From Thermodesulfobacteriota bacterium (lineage in GTDB: Bacteria > Desulfobacterota > Desulfuromonadia > Desulfuromonadales > Geoalkalibacteraceae): a stretch of 64,000 bases of DNA. The stretch lies in NCBI GenBank assembly GCA_034189505.1, contig JAXHUR010000005.1, forward strand, positions 456 to 64,455. The letters run 5' to 3'. The translations under genes and the position numbers were made by a program. Shown piece after piece: positions 17,016 to 28,284 of the stretch (positions are counted from its first letter, which is position 1; each line of letters opens with the position of its first letter). Under the pieces are notes generated by a model. That model worked only from the letters and a program-made list of their open reading frames with translations. It was not told the DNA's origin and ran no database searches.

Positions 17016-17185
17016 AATTCATCCTTTCCCTGCTTTGCGAACCAACTCGAAATACAGCCGATCATCTCCATATCATTGGGACTTTCGGTTAATGGTATCA
17101 AGTAAGTTCTGCTTGGCAAGCGGCGACCTTATGCCTGAAACAAGAGAGTAAAAGATATGGTTGGGGAAGGAAAAGCGCGAAGTCT

Positions 17186-17220
17186 AAAAAAAAACCGGCC
17201 AACGTATTCTGCCGTTGGCC
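17186..17220 (-). terminator. Rho-independent terminator downstream of the small zinc-ribbon ORF
   Basis: 8-bp stem GGCCAACG (17197-17204) / CGTTGGCC (17213-17220). The A9 run 17186-17194 gives a T9 tract on the minus strand. Confidence 0.7.
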
Positions 17221-17274
17221 CGTTTCCGGTGAGTGTATAATATGGTGTTGCAGCAGGAGTGCCCTTAAACCGGA

Positions 17275-17430
17275 TCACCCAATATAGACATTGTGGTTGC
17301 GGGCGCGGTTGGCAATGATGGTGGGATCCAGCACTTCACCGCAGGAGCAACACTTCCATGCTTCAAATGAACGAACAAAATCATAAAACTTTTCGGTGTA
17401 CATCCTTCCTTTGCATTTGGGACATTTCAT
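17275..17430 (-). CDS. Small (51 aa) Cys4 zinc-ribbon protein, uncharacterised (below the ORF-track size cutoff)
   Basis: My translation: MKCPKCKGRMYTEKFYDFVRSFEAWKCCSCGEVLDPTIIANRARNHNVYIG*. It has CxxC...CxxC spacing, a GGGGGA SD 7 nt upstream of the ATG, and its own terminator. Confidence 0.6.
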   Translation of the reverse strand: MKCPKCKGRMYTEKFYDFVRSFEAWKCCSCGEVLDPTIIANRARNHNVYIG

Positions 17431-17594
17431 CGGATTTTCCCCCTTTTGAAGTTAATCACGAATTTTAAAGTGTGACTCTGGCAATATCAGCCATCGATAG
17501 TGAATCACTCTTTCACCAGATGTGCCAACTGCCTAGAATCAATGGTTAAAAAGGGGGGGCTTCAGCAATAAAGGACAAACTTTGTTATTATTTT

Positions 17595-18164
17595 TCAAGG
17601 CGTTAGCCTATTACAAAAAAAATTCTGCCACTGGGAAATTCGGCCGGCTCCAATGCCTTTAACACGTCTCAAACGATCGATCTGGCCAAAATCGCCATTC
17701 AATTGACGGTCCTGTTCGATTCTCTCTGCCAAACGCGGCCCAATTCCCGGCAATGCCTGCCAATCATCCACAGACATGCGGTCGGGGTGCAACGACACCC
17801 CAAGCGCCATCCGATGTGCGGCAGACATCCATGAGGTTTCAACTTCCAGTTTATTCAGGGAGTTGCAGAAAAACGCCAGGCGTTGTCCGTTCGCAATAGA
17901 GGCGTCGGGAATACCAGATTGGAGAGCGGGCCTCACACAATCCAAATTCGTCAACGAAATGACGGCAAGCCACGGCAAACCGTCAGAAAATTGATAGATC
18001 CCCGGGCGAGGGACACCGGCGGCAATTTCCACAATGATCTGTGAGGAGGGGGCGGGAGGCAGGACCGGCGGCTCTTGCGCAGAAAAGAGCAACCGGCCCT
18101 GGCTCAGAAGCAGAAAAGTCAGTATCGCGCCGATCAGCAACAGCACGCCCTGCCGAGCGTTCAT
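17595..18164 (-). CDS. comEA: ComEA-family DNA-binding protein (TM + SLBB-like + helix-hairpin-helix)
   Basis: N-terminal TM, C-terminal HhH repeats ([14 protein letters not shown]...[12 protein letters not shown]). ATGA overlap with the cimA stop. Confidence 0.75.
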   Translation of the reverse strand: MNARQGVLLLIGAILTFLLLSQGRLLFSAQEPPVLPPAPSSQIIVEIAAGVPRPGIYQFSDGLPWLAVISLTNLDCVRPALQSGIPDASIANGQRLAFFCNSLNKLEVETSWMSAAHRMALGVSLHPDRMSVDDWQALPGIGPRLAERIEQDRQLNGDFGQIDRLRRVKGIGAGRISQWQNFFCNRLTP

Positions 18165-19738
18165 CCTTCGGCGCGGTAGTCTCGAATCAGTTTATACAGG
18201 AATGAATCGATCAGTGCCTGGTAGGAAGCATCGATGATGTTGTCGCTGACACCGACCGTGCCCCACCGTGTTTCCTTGTCGCCGGATTCAATGAGAACAC
18301 GGGTAACCGAGGACGTACCCTTACCCGCCGGCAAAACCCGGACTTTATAGTCGAAGAGTTTGACCTCGCGCAGCTGAGGATAAAAATTGCCGAGGGCCTT
18401 GCGCAAAGCGTTGTCCAGCGCATTGACCGGCCCGTTTCCTTCAGCAGCCGTGTGCTCGATCCGTCCGCCGACCTTGACCTGCACCGTCGCCTCGGACTGG
18501 GGCTTTTCGTCTTCATGGCGCTTGCTGTCGATCACACGGAAGCCGATGACGGAAAAGAAATGGCGCATGGTGCCCAGAGCACGGCGCATGAGGAGTTCAA
18601 AGGAAGCCTCGGCCCCCTCGAACTGGAATCCCTTATTCTCGAGGTCCTTGATATTCTCAAGGATTTCCTGGGTAACCGGATCCTTGCTGTCGAGGTTGAT
18701 ATTGAACTGCTCCGCCTTGGCCAGAATGTTGGAGCGGCCGGACAGGTCGGAGACCAACACGCGCGTCACATTGCCCACAAGCTCCGGGCGGATGTGCTCA
18801 TAGGTCTCGGGATGGCGCTGGATCGCGGAGACATGCACGCCTCCCTTGTGGGCGAAAGCCGAATTGCCCACATACGGCTGATGCTTGCGGGGGATCATGT
18901 TGGCCATTTCATAGATGGTACGCGATACTGTACGCAGGTTGGCCAACTGCTCGTCAGTGACGCAGTCATGCTGCAGCTTGAGCTTAAGCGCCGGAATAAT
19001 GGAACAGAGATTGGCATTGCCGCATCGCTCGCCAAACCCGTTGATGGTCCCCTGAACATGCACAGCGCCGCACTGAACAGCCATCAGGCTGTTGGCCACG
19101 GCACACTCGCTGTCGTTGTGGGCATGGATGCCGAGAGCAGTGCCGATCTCGGCGCGAACCTTCTCCATAATCGGTGGAATTTCGTGGGGCAGTGTACCGC
19201 CGTTGGTATCGCACAGCACGATGCAGTCGACTCCCGCCTCCTCGGCCGCCTTCAAAGTCTTGAGGGCATATTCAGGATTGGCTTTGTAGCCGTCGAAAAA
19301 ATGCTCCGCGTCGTAAACGACCTCGCCGACATGCTGCTTGAGATAGGCCAGCGAGTCATTGATCAGTTCGAGGTTTTCCTCCAGGCTGATGCGCAACGCC
19401 TCATGGACATGGAAATCCCAGGTTTTGCCGAAGATGGTCACCGTATCGGGTTCAGCCTGAATCAGGGTGCGGATGTTGGCATCTTTTTCCGGAGTGCTGC
19501 GGGCGCGGCGGGTCGACCCGAAAGCCGCGATTTTCACCTGCTTGAGGCGCGCCTTCTTGATCTCTTTGAAAAAACTGATGTCCTTGGGATTCGATCCCGG
19601 CCAACCGCCTTCAATATAATGAATGCCCAGCTCGTCAAGCTGTTCCGCGATGCGGATCTTGTCCGCCACCAGAAAGGAAACATCCTCCGCTTGCGTGCCG
19701 TCACGAAGGGTAGTGTCATAGAGTTGAATCAGGCTCAT
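18161..19738 (-). CDS. cimA: (R)-citramalate synthase (LeuA/CimA family, isoleucine pathway)
   Basis: N-terminus [22 protein letters not shown]...[14 protein letters not shown] and a C-terminal LeuA-dimer regulatory domain. Adjacency to lysC is as I recall for Geobacter. ATG 19738 (GGAG 5 nt upstream) is preferred to the track start 19795. Confidence 0.8.
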   Translation of the reverse strand: MSLIQLYDTTLRDGTQAEDVSFLVADKIRIAEQLDELGIHYIEGGWPGSNPKDISFFKEIKKARLKQVKIAAFGSTRRARSTPEKDANIRTLIQAEPDTVTIFGKTWDFHVHEALRISLEENLELINDSLAYLKQHVGEVVYDAEHFFDGYKANPEYALKTLKAAEEAGVDCIVLCDTNGGTLPHEIPPIMEKVRAEIGTALGIHAHNDSECAVANSLMAVQCGAVHVQGTINGFGERCGNANLCSIIPALKLKLQHDCVTDEQLANLRTVSRTIYEMANMIPRKHQPYVGNSAFAHKGGVHVSAIQRHPETYEHIRPELVGNVTRVLVSDLSGRSNILAKAEQFNINLDSKDPVTQEILENIKDLENKGFQFEGAEASFELLMRRALGTMRHFFSVIGFRVIDSKRHEDEKPQSEATVQVKVGGRIEHTAAEGNGPVNALDNALRKALGNFYPQLREVKLFDYKVRVLPAGKGTSSVTRVLIESGDKETRWGTVGVSDNIIDASYQALIDSFLYKLIRDYRAEG

Positions 19739-19816
19739 TGCATCTCCATCCTTTGCACAAGGGGCGACCCGCAGGCCGCCCCCGTTCAATTCCACGTTTC
19801 TTACCAGGAGTGGCGT

Positions 19817-21049
19817 CTATTCGGCCTTGACGTCTTTCTTCGCCAGGTCAAAGGCTTCATGCAGCACGCGCACTGCGAGTTCGGTGTATTTGGACTCGAT
19901 CACGCAGGAGACCTTGATTTCACTGGTGGAGATCATCTGGATGTTGATTCCCTCCTGCGACAGGGTCTGAAACATTTTGCTGGCGATGCCGGAGTGAGAG
20001 CGCATGCCGACACCGACGATGGAGACCTTGGCGATATTTTCATCGCCCTTGACGCCGCTGGCGCCCACTTCCTTGGCCGTCTCCTCGACGATTTTAATCG
20101 CCTTTTTATAGTCGGTCTTGGGAACCGTAAAAGTCAGGTCCGTGTAGCCGTCGCTGGAGACATTCTGAATGATCATGTCGACCGTGATATTGGCGTGGGA
20201 CAACGGCGAGAAGATCCGTGATGCGATTCCGGGCTTGTCAGGTATGCGGAACACAGAGATCTTGGCTTCATCCTTATTGTATGTGACTCCCGAAACGAGC
20301 ACGGTTTCCATATCTGCATCCTCCTTCGTAACCAGGGTTCCTGGATTGTCGTTGAAACTGGAACGGACGTGGATCACCACATTGTATTTCTTGGCAAATT
20401 CCACCGAGCGGATCTGCAGCACCTTTGAGCCGAGAGAGGCCATCTCCAGCATTTCGTCGTAGGAGATTTTTTCCATCTTCGACGCTTCGGGGACAAGGCG
20501 CGGGTCAGTCGTATAGATGCCGTCGACATCCGTGTAGATTTCGCAGACATCGGCCTTGAGCGCTGCCGCCATGGCAACCGCCGAGGTGTCCGAACCGCCA
20601 CGTCCCAACGTGGTGATATTGCCTTCCTTGTCGATCCCCTGGAAGCCGGCGACAATGATGATCGATCCGTTTTTGAGGTCTTCCCGAACCTTTTTATCCT
20701 CGATCTTCTGAATGCGCGCCTTGGAATAGGCGCTGTCGGTGATGATCGGAATCTGAAAACCGAGATAACTTTTCGCCTTGTACCCCATGGACTGCAGGCA
20801 CATCGAGAGTAGAGAGATCGAAACCTGCTCACCCGTAGCAACCATCACATCGTATTCACGTTCGCTTGGGAACTCGCAGACTTCGTTGGCCAGAGCGACG
20901 AGCTTGTTCGTCTCGCCGGCCATGGCGGAGACAACCACCACCACATCGTTGCCGTCATCATAGGTCTTGGCGACTCTGCGTGCTACATTGCGAATACGCT
21001 CGATGGTACCGACCGAGGTTCCTCCATACTTCTGAACCACCAGGGCCAT
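19817..21049 (-). CDS. lysC: Aspartate kinase
   Basis: [15 protein letters not shown]-terminus, amino-acid-kinase fold, two C-terminal ACT domains. 410 aa. Confidence 0.92.
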   Translation of the reverse strand: MALVVQKYGGTSVGTIERIRNVARRVAKTYDDGNDVVVVVSAMAGETNKLVALANEVCEFPSEREYDVMVATGEQVSISLLSMCLQSMGYKAKSYLGFQIPIITDSAYSKARIQKIEDKKVREDLKNGSIIIVAGFQGIDKEGNITTLGRGGSDTSAVAMAAALKADVCEIYTDVDGIYTTDPRLVPEASKMEKISYDEMLEMASLGSKVLQIRSVEFAKKYNVVIHVRSSFNDNPGTLVTKEDADMETVLVSGVTYNKDEAKISVFRIPDKPGIASRIFSPLSHANITVDMIIQNVSSDGYTDLTFTVPKTDYKKAIKIVEETAKEVGASGVKGDENIAKVSIVGVGMRSHSGIASKMFQTLSQEGINIQMISTSEIKVSCVIESKYTELAVRVLHEAFDLAKKDVKAE

Positions 21050-21110
21050 AATCGTTTTCTCCTCCGTATGATGAGTAGCGGGCCTGGGCGCCCATCACTC
21101 GGGTATGACG

Positions 21111-22514
21111 TTATCTGCGGTCGCGGCGGCGCCCGGCTTTGTGAACAGCCAGACCGGCGACATCTTCCGCCGCTTCCATGATCATTTCCGGCAGGGTGGG
21201 ATGGGCATGAATCGTTTTCCCGCCGAGTTCATGCGCGCTCATGCCCGCACGCATGGCAGCGGCCACTTCGGCCACCAGGCTCGAAGCCTCGGCGCCCACG
21301 ATGGCGGCGCCGAGGATGGCGCCGTCTTTTTTATCGGCGACGATCTTGACCAACCCCTGGCTTTCCCCCTCGCACTGAGCCTTGCTTGATGCCTGGTAGG
21401 AAAAGCGCCCGCTTTCCACCTCGATCCCCTGCTGCTTGGCCTGTTCTTCGGTCAGGCCGACCTGGCCAATCTCAGGCAGGGTGAAGATGGCGCTGGGGAC
21501 CACCCGATAATCAGCTTTTTCATCGCCCCCCATGGCGTTGGCTACAGCGATCCCGGCCTGATAGGAAGCCACATGCGCCAGCTGAATAATGTTGGTCACA
21601 TCGCCGATCGCGTAGATTCCAGGGGCCGAAGTCCGCAACCCGTCATCGACGGCAATGGCGCCGTCTTTTGTTTCAACTCCGGCATCTTCAAGGCCGAGAT
21701 TATCGATGTTGGGAACACGGCCGACCGCAACCAGAACCTTCTCAGCCTCAACCTGCTTATCTCCAGAGAGGTAGGCCGTGACGCCGCCACCCTTGGCATC
21801 GAGACGCTCTACCGAAGTCTCTGTGTGAACTTCCACACCCAGGGATTTAAAGGATTTCTCAACCTCCTTGACCACCTGGCGGTCGCTTTGTTCAAGCAGG
21901 CCCGGGAGCTGTTCCACCACCGTGACCCTGGTTCCGAGAGCGGCGAAAATTCCGGCAAATTCGCAGCCGATATAGCCGCCTCCGACAACCATCAGGCTGG
22001 CGGGAAGTTCTTTAATAGCAAGGATTTCCCGGCTGGTCAAAACATTTTTCCCGTCTATCGACAGGGCTTTAGGGCGCACTGACCGCGAGCCGGTAGCGAT
22101 GATGATGTTTTTGGCTCGAATGCGCCCGGTGACCTCGGGTCGCTTGATGCAAATCCGCCCCGGCTCCTCAATCAGAGCCTGTCCCCGGAACAGTTCCACC
22201 TTGTGTGCCTTGAGCAGCTGTTCAATCCCGCCGACCAGCCGCTTTACAATGTTATCCCGCCGTTCGGCCGCGACCGCATAGTCCAGAGAGGGCTCATCAA
22301 TCCGGATGCCGTGGTCTTCAGCATGCTTGAGGCGCTGCCAGAAATGCGCGGTGCTGTAAAGAGCCTTGGTGGGGATGCAACCACGATTGAGGCAGGTGCC
22401 GCCAACCTTGTCTTTTTCGATCAGGCACACACAGGCGCCCTGCTGGGCGGCACGGATTGCAGCGACATATCCACCCGGGCCGGCACCGATCACAGCAATA
22501 TCGAATTCCTTCAT
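21111..22514 (-). CDS. lpdA: Dihydrolipoyl dehydrogenase (E3)
   Basis: FAD motif GAGPGGY, redox disulfide GGTCLNRGCIPTK, C-terminal HAHPTLPE. Confidence 0.92.
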   Translation of the reverse strand: MKEFDIAVIGAGPGGYVAAIRAAQQGACVCLIEKDKVGGTCLNRGCIPTKALYSTAHFWQRLKHAEDHGIRIDEPSLDYAVAAERRDNIVKRLVGGIEQLLKAHKVELFRGQALIEEPGRICIKRPEVTGRIRAKNIIIATGSRSVRPKALSIDGKNVLTSREILAIKELPASLMVVGGGYIGCEFAGIFAALGTRVTVVEQLPGLLEQSDRQVVKEVEKSFKSLGVEVHTETSVERLDAKGGGVTAYLSGDKQVEAEKVLVAVGRVPNIDNLGLEDAGVETKDGAIAVDDGLRTSAPGIYAIGDVTNIIQLAHVASYQAGIAVANAMGGDEKADYRVVPSAIFTLPEIGQVGLTEEQAKQQGIEVESGRFSYQASSKAQCEGESQGLVKIVADKKDGAILGAAIVGAEASSLVAEVAAAMRAGMSAHELGGKTIHAHPTLPEMIMEAAEDVAGLAVHKAGRRRDRR

Positions 22515-23005
22515 GGTGCGGTCTCCTTTCGCCAGCGGGCGTCTAGATTCTCAATCAGACGCCATTCCGGTGCAGCATGCGCCTCTAAAATCAGGCGCCG
22601 ACGGAATTCATCCAAACGTATCAGGGTGATAAAAAGACCTTCGCTGCGGTTTTCCTCGAACCGATCCCCCCATTCCACCACGGTCACCCCATCAGCGTCG
22701 AGATAGTCGCTGAATCCGAGATCTTCAAGGTCATCGGCGCCTGTCAGGCGGTAGAGGTCAAAATGGTAGAGCGGCAGACGGCCGCTGTACTGGTTCATCA
22801 GGGTGTAGCTGGGACTTGTGACCGGCTCGTCTTCGGGGATATCGAGCCCGCGGGCCACTCCCTGAGCAAAACAGGTCTTGCCCGCACCCAGATCACCTGC
22901 CAGGCGAATCAGCAAAGGCTTCTCGATCAACCGGCCGAGCAGCATCCCGAGACGAGCCGTTTCTTCGGCACTTTCAGTTTCAACGGTGAGAACGTTTCTG
23001 GTCAT
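22511..23005 (-). CDS. tsaE: tRNA t6A37 biosynthesis ATPase TsaE (YjeE)
   Basis: P-loop LAGDLGAGKT and SPSYTLMNQY...HFDLYRL motifs. Confidence 0.88.
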   Translation of the reverse strand: MTRNVLTVETESAEETARLGMLLGRLIEKPLLIRLAGDLGAGKTCFAQGVARGLDIPEDEPVTSPSYTLMNQYSGRLPLYHFDLYRLTGADDLEDLGFSDYLDADGVTVVEWGDRFEENRSEGLFITLIRLDEFRRRLILEAHAAPEWRLIENLDARWRKETAP

Positions 23006-23451
23006 CGTCCCATCGACCGGATGACATCGAGGCGTGCGACGACTCCGACCACTTTGCCGTCCTCAACCACCGGAATCAGGTGCGCTTTGTTCTCGGTCAT
23101 CAGCGCGGCTACTTCCGAAACAGGGGTCTCCGGAGAGCAGGTCACCGCCTCCGTAGAGCAGATCTCATCGACTTTGCGCGCCGTGATTTTCTCCACTTCT
23201 TTCTTGAATTCCTTCTCGCTTTCGAGATAAATCACCCAGTCGAAGATCGAAACAACCGTCGGCAAATGCAGAGGCCGGTCCTGAGCCACCAGGTCTGTCT
23301 CGGTGACCACACCGAAAAGCTGTCCGTCTTCCTTGACGACCGGCATGGCACTGATCCCTTTTTCCATAAAAAGGCGGGCCAGCTCTTCAATACCGGTATC
23401 GGGCTGAACGGAAATGACGTTGCGGGTCATGATATCCTTAGCTTTGAGCAT
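23002..23451 (-). CDS. CBS-pair domain protein
   Basis: 149 aa made of two CBS motifs (IMTRNVISV...GVVTETDL; ...VVGVVARLDVIR). Confidence 0.8.
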   Translation of the reverse strand: MLKAKDIMTRNVISVQPDTGIEELARLFMEKGISAMPVVKEDGQLFGVVTETDLVAQDRPLHLPTVVSIFDWVIYLESEKEFKKEVEKITARKVDEICSTEAVTCSPETPVSEVAALMTENKAHLIPVVEDGKVVGVVARLDVIRSMGR

Positions 23452-23509
23452 TGCATCGCATCCTTTATCAAGAAGTAAACGTTATCCGGTGAAAATAGTC
23501 CCATCGGCC

Positions 23510-25066
23510 TTATGGGCGCAGAGTGAGATCGTATCGCGCAGCCGCAAGTTCGCCGGCGACCTCGCCGGCAGCCAACCCGGCACATCCCTCCCGGCAGGCG
23601 AGCCGGTCGGCAGCGGCACCGTGAAGATAGGCCGCCAGAACTGCCGCTTCGGCGGCGGGCATCCCCTGGGCCAGCAGAGCGCCCACGACTCCGGTCAGCA
23701 CATCGCCCATGCCACCGGACGCCATACCGGGGTTGCCGCTCGCGTTGATCCAGACGGTCCCCTCAGGGGCAGCGATCACCGTACGTGCTCCCTTCAACAG
23801 AACAACCACGCCATGACGATGTGCGAAGTCGCGTGCCACCGACAGACGGTCATGCTGAACCTTCTCCACGGAGATCTGCGCCAAACGCGCCATTTCCCCG
23901 GGATGGGGAGTTATGACGGTCGTCCCCGGCCGGCGGGACGACAATCCCTCGAGATGGCCGGCAAGAGCATTGAGCCCATCTGCATCGATCACCAGCGGCA
24001 GATCGCAGTCGCGCACCAGATGCCTGACCAACTGCCGGGCCTGCTCATTCTGCCCCAGACCGGGACCGATCGCCAGGGCCTGTTTATCCCGCCAGGCTGC
24101 AATCAGTGCATCAAGTGCTTCCAACCGCAATGCGCCATCGATCTCAGGCAGCGGCACCGTCATGGGTTCCGTTAATTTTACCTCGAGAATATCATGAATT
24201 CCCGCCGGCACCGCCGCTGTCACCAGGCCGGCGCCGCTTCGCACGGCACTTTCGGCCGCAAGAGCGACTGCGCCCGATTTTCCGGTGGAACCGCCGATGA
24301 TCAGCAGGTGACCGAAGGTGCCTTTGTGGCCGTCGGACGGCCGGGAAGGAAGTAAACGGCGGGCACATTCACCATCAACCAGAATCTGGGCCGGCGCCTG
24401 GGCTTCCAGCAGAAAGGGAGGAATTCCGATATCCACCGTTTTCAGGGCTCCAACCTGGTCTACTCCGGGATAGACGACATGCCCGATTTTGGGCAGGGCA
24501 AAGGTTACGGTGAGGTCGGCCTGTACGCAGCATCCGAGAATGCGGCCGGTTGTGGCATCGAGCCCGCTGGGGATATCCACGGCGGCAGTCGGCGCCGGCT
24601 GTTCGTTCATCCAGGCAATGGCACGGCCATATCGACCTCGGACATTGGACGAAAGGCCCGTACCGAAAAGCGCATCCACCAGCAGGCGGGCCCCGCTGCA
24701 CTGAGAGAGTGCGGTCGAAAGCCCATCGTCATCGGGCGCAAAAAGAATCTCCCCGCGCACCTTCCGCAGAATCTCGAGATTAAGGCGGGCGTCTCCCTCC
24801 ACCGCCGCATCATCCGCCAGGACCAGAGTGCGGACCTGCCAACCACGCTGCAGCAGCGATCGCGCAATGACATATCCGTCACCGCCGTTGTTGCCCTTGC
24901 CCGAAATAACGACTGCTGGCCCGGGATAGAGATGGCGATACCGTTCATCAATCAACCGCGCGGCGCCCTGCCCGGCATTCTCCATCAGTACCGGACCGGG
25001 CAGACCGATCTCCTTGATCGTTTTCTGATCAAGCTCCTGCATCTGTGCGGCACTCAGAACTCTCAT
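23510..25066 (-). CDS. nnr: Bifunctional NAD(P)H-hydrate repair enzyme Nnr (epimerase + ADP-dependent dehydratase)
   Basis: YjeF_N motif GKGNNGGDG. C-terminal kinase-like domain (GGSTGKSGA...GMGDVLTG). Confidence 0.9.
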   Translation of the reverse strand: MRVLSAAQMQELDQKTIKEIGLPGPVLMENAGQGAARLIDERYRHLYPGPAVVISGKGNNGGDGYVIARSLLQRGWQVRTLVLADDAAVEGDARLNLEILRKVRGEILFAPDDDGLSTALSQCSGARLLVDALFGTGLSSNVRGRYGRAIAWMNEQPAPTAAVDIPSGLDATTGRILGCCVQADLTVTFALPKIGHVVYPGVDQVGALKTVDIGIPPFLLEAQAPAQILVDGECARRLLPSRPSDGHKGTFGHLLIIGGSTGKSGAVALAAESAVRSGAGLVTAAVPAGIHDILEVKLTEPMTVPLPEIDGALRLEALDALIAAWRDKQALAIGPGLGQNEQARQLVRHLVRDCDLPLVIDADGLNALAGHLEGLSSRRPGTTVITPHPGEMARLAQISVEKVQHDRLSVARDFAHRHGVVVLLKGARTVIAAPEGTVWINASGNPGMASGGMGDVLTGVVGALLAQGMPAAEAAVLAAYLHGAAADRLACREGCAGLAAGEVAGELAAARYDLTLRP

Positions 25067-25446
25067 TGCTCCTCCAGAATGACAACGGCCTGTGCATAGT
25101 CCCCGTCATGGCTGTAAGAAAGATGCACGCGACCCACTCCACGGGTCCGGCAGATAATAGCTGCGGCTCCAGTCAGAACCAGAGAGGGCTTACCGAGAGG
25201 ATCGCGCACAACTCTCATATCGTGCCAGGTCATCCCCTCGCGCAAGCCCAGTCCCAGCGCCTTTAAAAACGCCTCCTTTGCGGCAAATCGCGCGGCAAGA
25301 TGGGGCGCGGGGTCCTTGCGATCCAGAGCATAGGCCTTTTCTTCCGTGGTAAACAGGCGGTCGATCAGCGCCGTTTTGCCCTGATGGAGAAAATCCCTGA
25401 AGCGACCGATGCGCGCCAGATCGGTGCCGACGCCGAGGATCGCCAT
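25063..25446 (-). CDS. acpS: Holo-[acyl-carrier-protein] synthase
   Basis: 127 aa, GVGTDLARIGRF and FAAKEAFLKALG motifs. Confidence 0.9.
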   Translation of the reverse strand: MAILGVGTDLARIGRFRDFLHQGKTALIDRLFTTEEKAYALDRKDPAPHLAARFAAKEAFLKALGLGLREGMTWHDMRVVRDPLGKPSLVLTGAAAIICRTRGVGRVHLSYSHDGDYAQAVVILEEQ

Positions 25447-25448
25447 GG

Positions 25449-26174
25449 TCAGCTTCCTTTAATCAGTGCCGCCATGTCACGCACAGCCCGATCCATACCG
25501 ACCAGAACGGCGCGCGCCACGATGCTGTGCCCGATATTGAATTCTTCGATTCCCCCAACGGCTACGACATCTCGCACATTGTCGTAATTAAGCCCATGGC
25601 CGGCGTGAACCGCCAACCCCAGCTTCTGGCCGAGCCTGACCGACTGCTCGATCTTGGTCAGCTCAGCACGCCGCACCTTGGCGTCTGCCGCATCGCAGTA
25701 ACAGCCGGTATGAATTTCTATGGCATTCACCCCCAAGCGATGAGCGGCCTTGATCTGCTCAGGGTCAGGATCGACAAAAAGACTGACAGAGATTCCGCCA
25801 TCGCGCAACAGGGCGACGGAATTTTTCAACGTCTGCCGGTTCTGGACGACGTCGAGGCCGCCCTCGGTGGTCAGTTCCTGTCGCTTTTCCGGCACCAGGG
25901 TGACTTCATCCGGTCGAAACTTCAGCGCGATGCCCACCATCTCATCCGTGGCGGCCATCTCAAGATTCAGGCGGGAGCGCACCGTCCTGCGCAGAACGGC
26001 CAGATCCCGGTCCTGAATATGGCGGCGATCTTCGCGCAGGTGGATCGTGATGCCGTCGGCACCGGCCAGTTCCGCCAGCGCCGCTGCGGTGACCGGATCG
26101 GGTTCATGTGTCTTGCGCGCCTGGCGTACCGTGGCGACATGGTCGACATTGACTCCCAGTCTGGCAGCTTTCAT
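25449..26174 (-). CDS. pdxJ: Pyridoxine 5'-phosphate synthase
   Basis: [16 protein letters not shown]-terminus, EIHTG and HAGHGLNY motifs. Confidence 0.92.
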   Translation of the reverse strand: MKAARLGVNVDHVATVRQARKTHEPDPVTAAALAELAGADGITIHLREDRRHIQDRDLAVLRRTVRSRLNLEMAATDEMVGIALKFRPDEVTLVPEKRQELTTEGGLDVVQNRQTLKNSVALLRDGGISVSLFVDPDPEQIKAAHRLGVNAIEIHTGCYCDAADAKVRRAELTKIEQSVRLGQKLGLAVHAGHGLNYDNVRDVVAVGGIEEFNIGHSIVARAVLVGMDRAVRDMAALIKGS

Positions 26175-27538
26175 GGTTGTTTCTTCTCCCCCATGACCTG
26201 CTCGACAACCGCCGCAATCTGATGTGCGAGTTCGGTGATCTGGTATTTGTCCTGCCCTTCAAGCATGATGCGCGCCAGCGGCTCGGTCCCCGAAAAGCGG
26301 ATCAGGACTCGACCATTTTCACCCAGAACCCGGCGGGCATGATCAATCTCTTTTTTAATTTCAGGGATGCTCTCGAGATCGGTCTTTTCGATCACCCGCA
26401 CGTTGACCAGCACCTGCGGCAAAGACACCATCACCTCGGCAAGCTCGGAGAGCGGCTTGCCGCTGCGCTGAATCACCGACAGCACCTGAAGCGCCGACAA
26501 CATCCCGTCACCAGTCGTGTTGTGCTCCAGAAAGATCAGGTGCCCGGATTGTTCACCGCCGAGGGAATAGCCGCCCTCGCGCATGGCTTCAACGACATAG
26601 CGGTCGCCTACATCCGTTTTGACCACCTTGCCTCCAGCCTGCTTCAGTGCAATATCGAGCCCCATATTGCTCATGACGGTCGCCACGAGAGTATTGTGCG
26701 CGAGCTTTTTGTGCCTGATCAGGTCGACGGCGCACAGCGCCATGATATGATCGCCATCCACCACGTTGCCGAATTCATCACAGAAAATGACCCGGTCCGC
26801 ATCGCCATCCAGGGCAATCCCGAGATGGGCCCGGTGCTCCTTGACCGCTTCGGACATGACTTCCGGGTGCAGCGAACCGCAACCGGCATTGATGTTGGTG
26901 CCGTTGGGTGAAATCCCCAGGGGGACGACCTCGGCGCCAAGTTCCTCAAGCACCGCGGGAGCCACGCGATATGCCGCACCGTTGGCGCAGTCGAGCACAA
27001 TGCGCAGCCCCTTGAGGTCAAGATCCTTGGGAAATGAATTTTTCAGGAACACGACATAACGCCCTACCGCGTCATCGATACGATAGGCCTTGCCGACCTC
27101 GGAGGCAATCGGACGCAGGCTCTCGATCCTCTTGGAAAAAATCAGATCCTCCATTTTCAGTTCAAGAGCATCGGGCAGCTTGAAACCGTCGTTGGAAAAG
27201 AATTTGATGCCGTTGTCCTGGTAAGGATTGTGCGAAGCACTGATCACGACCCCCGCATCGGCCCGCATGGAGGACGTGATAAAAGCGATGCCTGGAGTGG
27301 GCAGCGGCCCGACCAGCAATACGTCGACCCCCATGGAGCAGATGCCGGCCGCCAGAGCGTTCTCGATCATATAGCAGGACAAACGCGTGTCCTTGCCAAT
27401 GACGATGCGATGGCGGCGATTGCCGTCCTTGAACAGGTAGGCTGCAGCGCGCCCCAACTGCATGGCCGTTTCAGTCGTCATGGGCGGGATATTGGCCACA
27501 CCCCGCACGCCGTCTGTTCCAAAAAGCTTTTTTTTCAT
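26171..27538 (-). CDS. glmM: Phosphoglucosamine mutase
   Basis: [10 protein letters not shown]-terminus, active-site loop [13 protein letters not shown]. Confidence 0.93.
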   Translation of the reverse strand: MKKKLFGTDGVRGVANIPPMTTETAMQLGRAAAYLFKDGNRRHRIVIGKDTRLSCYMIENALAAGICSMGVDVLLVGPLPTPGIAFITSSMRADAGVVISASHNPYQDNGIKFFSNDGFKLPDALELKMEDLIFSKRIESLRPIASEVGKAYRIDDAVGRYVVFLKNSFPKDLDLKGLRIVLDCANGAAYRVAPAVLEELGAEVVPLGISPNGTNINAGCGSLHPEVMSEAVKEHRAHLGIALDGDADRVIFCDEFGNVVDGDHIMALCAVDLIRHKKLAHNTLVATVMSNMGLDIALKQAGGKVVKTDVGDRYVVEAMREGGYSLGGEQSGHLIFLEHNTTGDGMLSALQVLSVIQRSGKPLSELAEVMVSLPQVLVNVRVIEKTDLESIPEIKKEIDHARRVLGENGRVLIRFSGTEPLARIMLEGQDKYQITELAHQIAAVVEQVMGEKKQP

Positions 27539-27546
27539 GACAGATT

Positions 27547-28278
27547 TTATTCACCTTTCTCAAGCGATGTGCTCTCGCGCTTCGATTCGGATGATCCCGA
27601 AGTTCCATTCTCCGGGGCCGGCCCCGGTTCGGAGGGCAGCGCTACGACATGCACCTGGATTTCAACGGTGCGATCCTCCTTGAGCTGCGTGTATCTGCCC
27701 TGGTAATCGAGAGGAACGATCAGGGTGAAGCTCTCACGAATTCCCTCAATATCAACCGGTTCCGTCAGCACCTGTGAGACATCCTTGATTTCGCTCTCAG
27801 CGCCCACGACCACCACCTTCTGCGGCGTGATATCATATCCCGCAAGGGTGTAGCCCTCGGCCGGCTCTCCGCGCAACACCACCTCCACCGGCACCTCCTT
27901 GTCCCTGATTCTTTCAAGTTTGACATCAACGAAAGAAGGAGACAAGCGGGTCACTTTGAGACCGCTCGGGATATTGAGCCGTTCTTCCAGGCGCTTGAAG
28001 GAGGTCAGTCCGGGTTTGAGGTCGGACAGGTCAACAGCGATGCTGATATCGGCCGGCGACAGATTCATCAACAGCGTGCGCGGGCCATTAAGCCGTATGT
28101 CGACGAGATTGGGGACCTCGTTGGCAACCATCAGTCCTTCGGGTTCGTTGACCAGCTCAAGGGGCACGGTAAAGCCGACTTCAACCCGCCGCTCGCCGAT
28201 GACAAAAAACCACAGGACCAGGGCGAAGACCAGCGAAAAGATCTTAAGAATCCAGTTTTCGGTCAGGATCTTCAGCAT
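27547..28278 (-). CDS. cdaR: YbbR-domain protein, CdaR-like regulator of diadenylate cyclase
   Basis: N-terminal TM plus repeated YbbR-like beta modules. It sits between cdaA and glmM, the conserved cdaA-cdaR-glmM arrangement. Confidence 0.75.
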   Translation of the reverse strand: MLKILTENWILKIFSLVFALVLWFFVIGERRVEVGFTVPLELVNEPEGLMVANEVPNLVDIRLNGPRTLLMNLSPADISIAVDLSDLKPGLTSFKRLEERLNIPSGLKVTRLSPSFVDVKLERIRDKEVPVEVVLRGEPAEGYTLAGYDITPQKVVVVGAESEIKDVSQVLTEPVDIEGIRESFTLIVPLDYQGRYTQLKEDRTVEIQVHVVALPSEPGPAPENGTSGSSESKRESTSLEKGE

Positions 28279-28284
28279 AAGGAT

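Noticed and set aside
14925-17105. A 726-aa ORF on the plus strand spanning the E1alpha/E1beta genes.
   Set aside because: It is antisense to two genes with unmistakable family motifs (TPP motif, E1-beta pattern). Its translation is low-complexity and Arg/Gly/His-rich with no recognisable domain. It is a typical GC-rich shadow ORF.
17511-17528. A sigma54-type promoter (minus-strand TTGGCACATCTGGTGAAA) upstream of the small zinc-ribbon ORF.
   Set aside because: The -24 TGGCAC is good, but the -12 element reads GTGA instead of TTGC, so the conserved GC is missing. A second candidate, TGGCTGATATTGC, has the wrong spacing. That is not enough to call a promoter.
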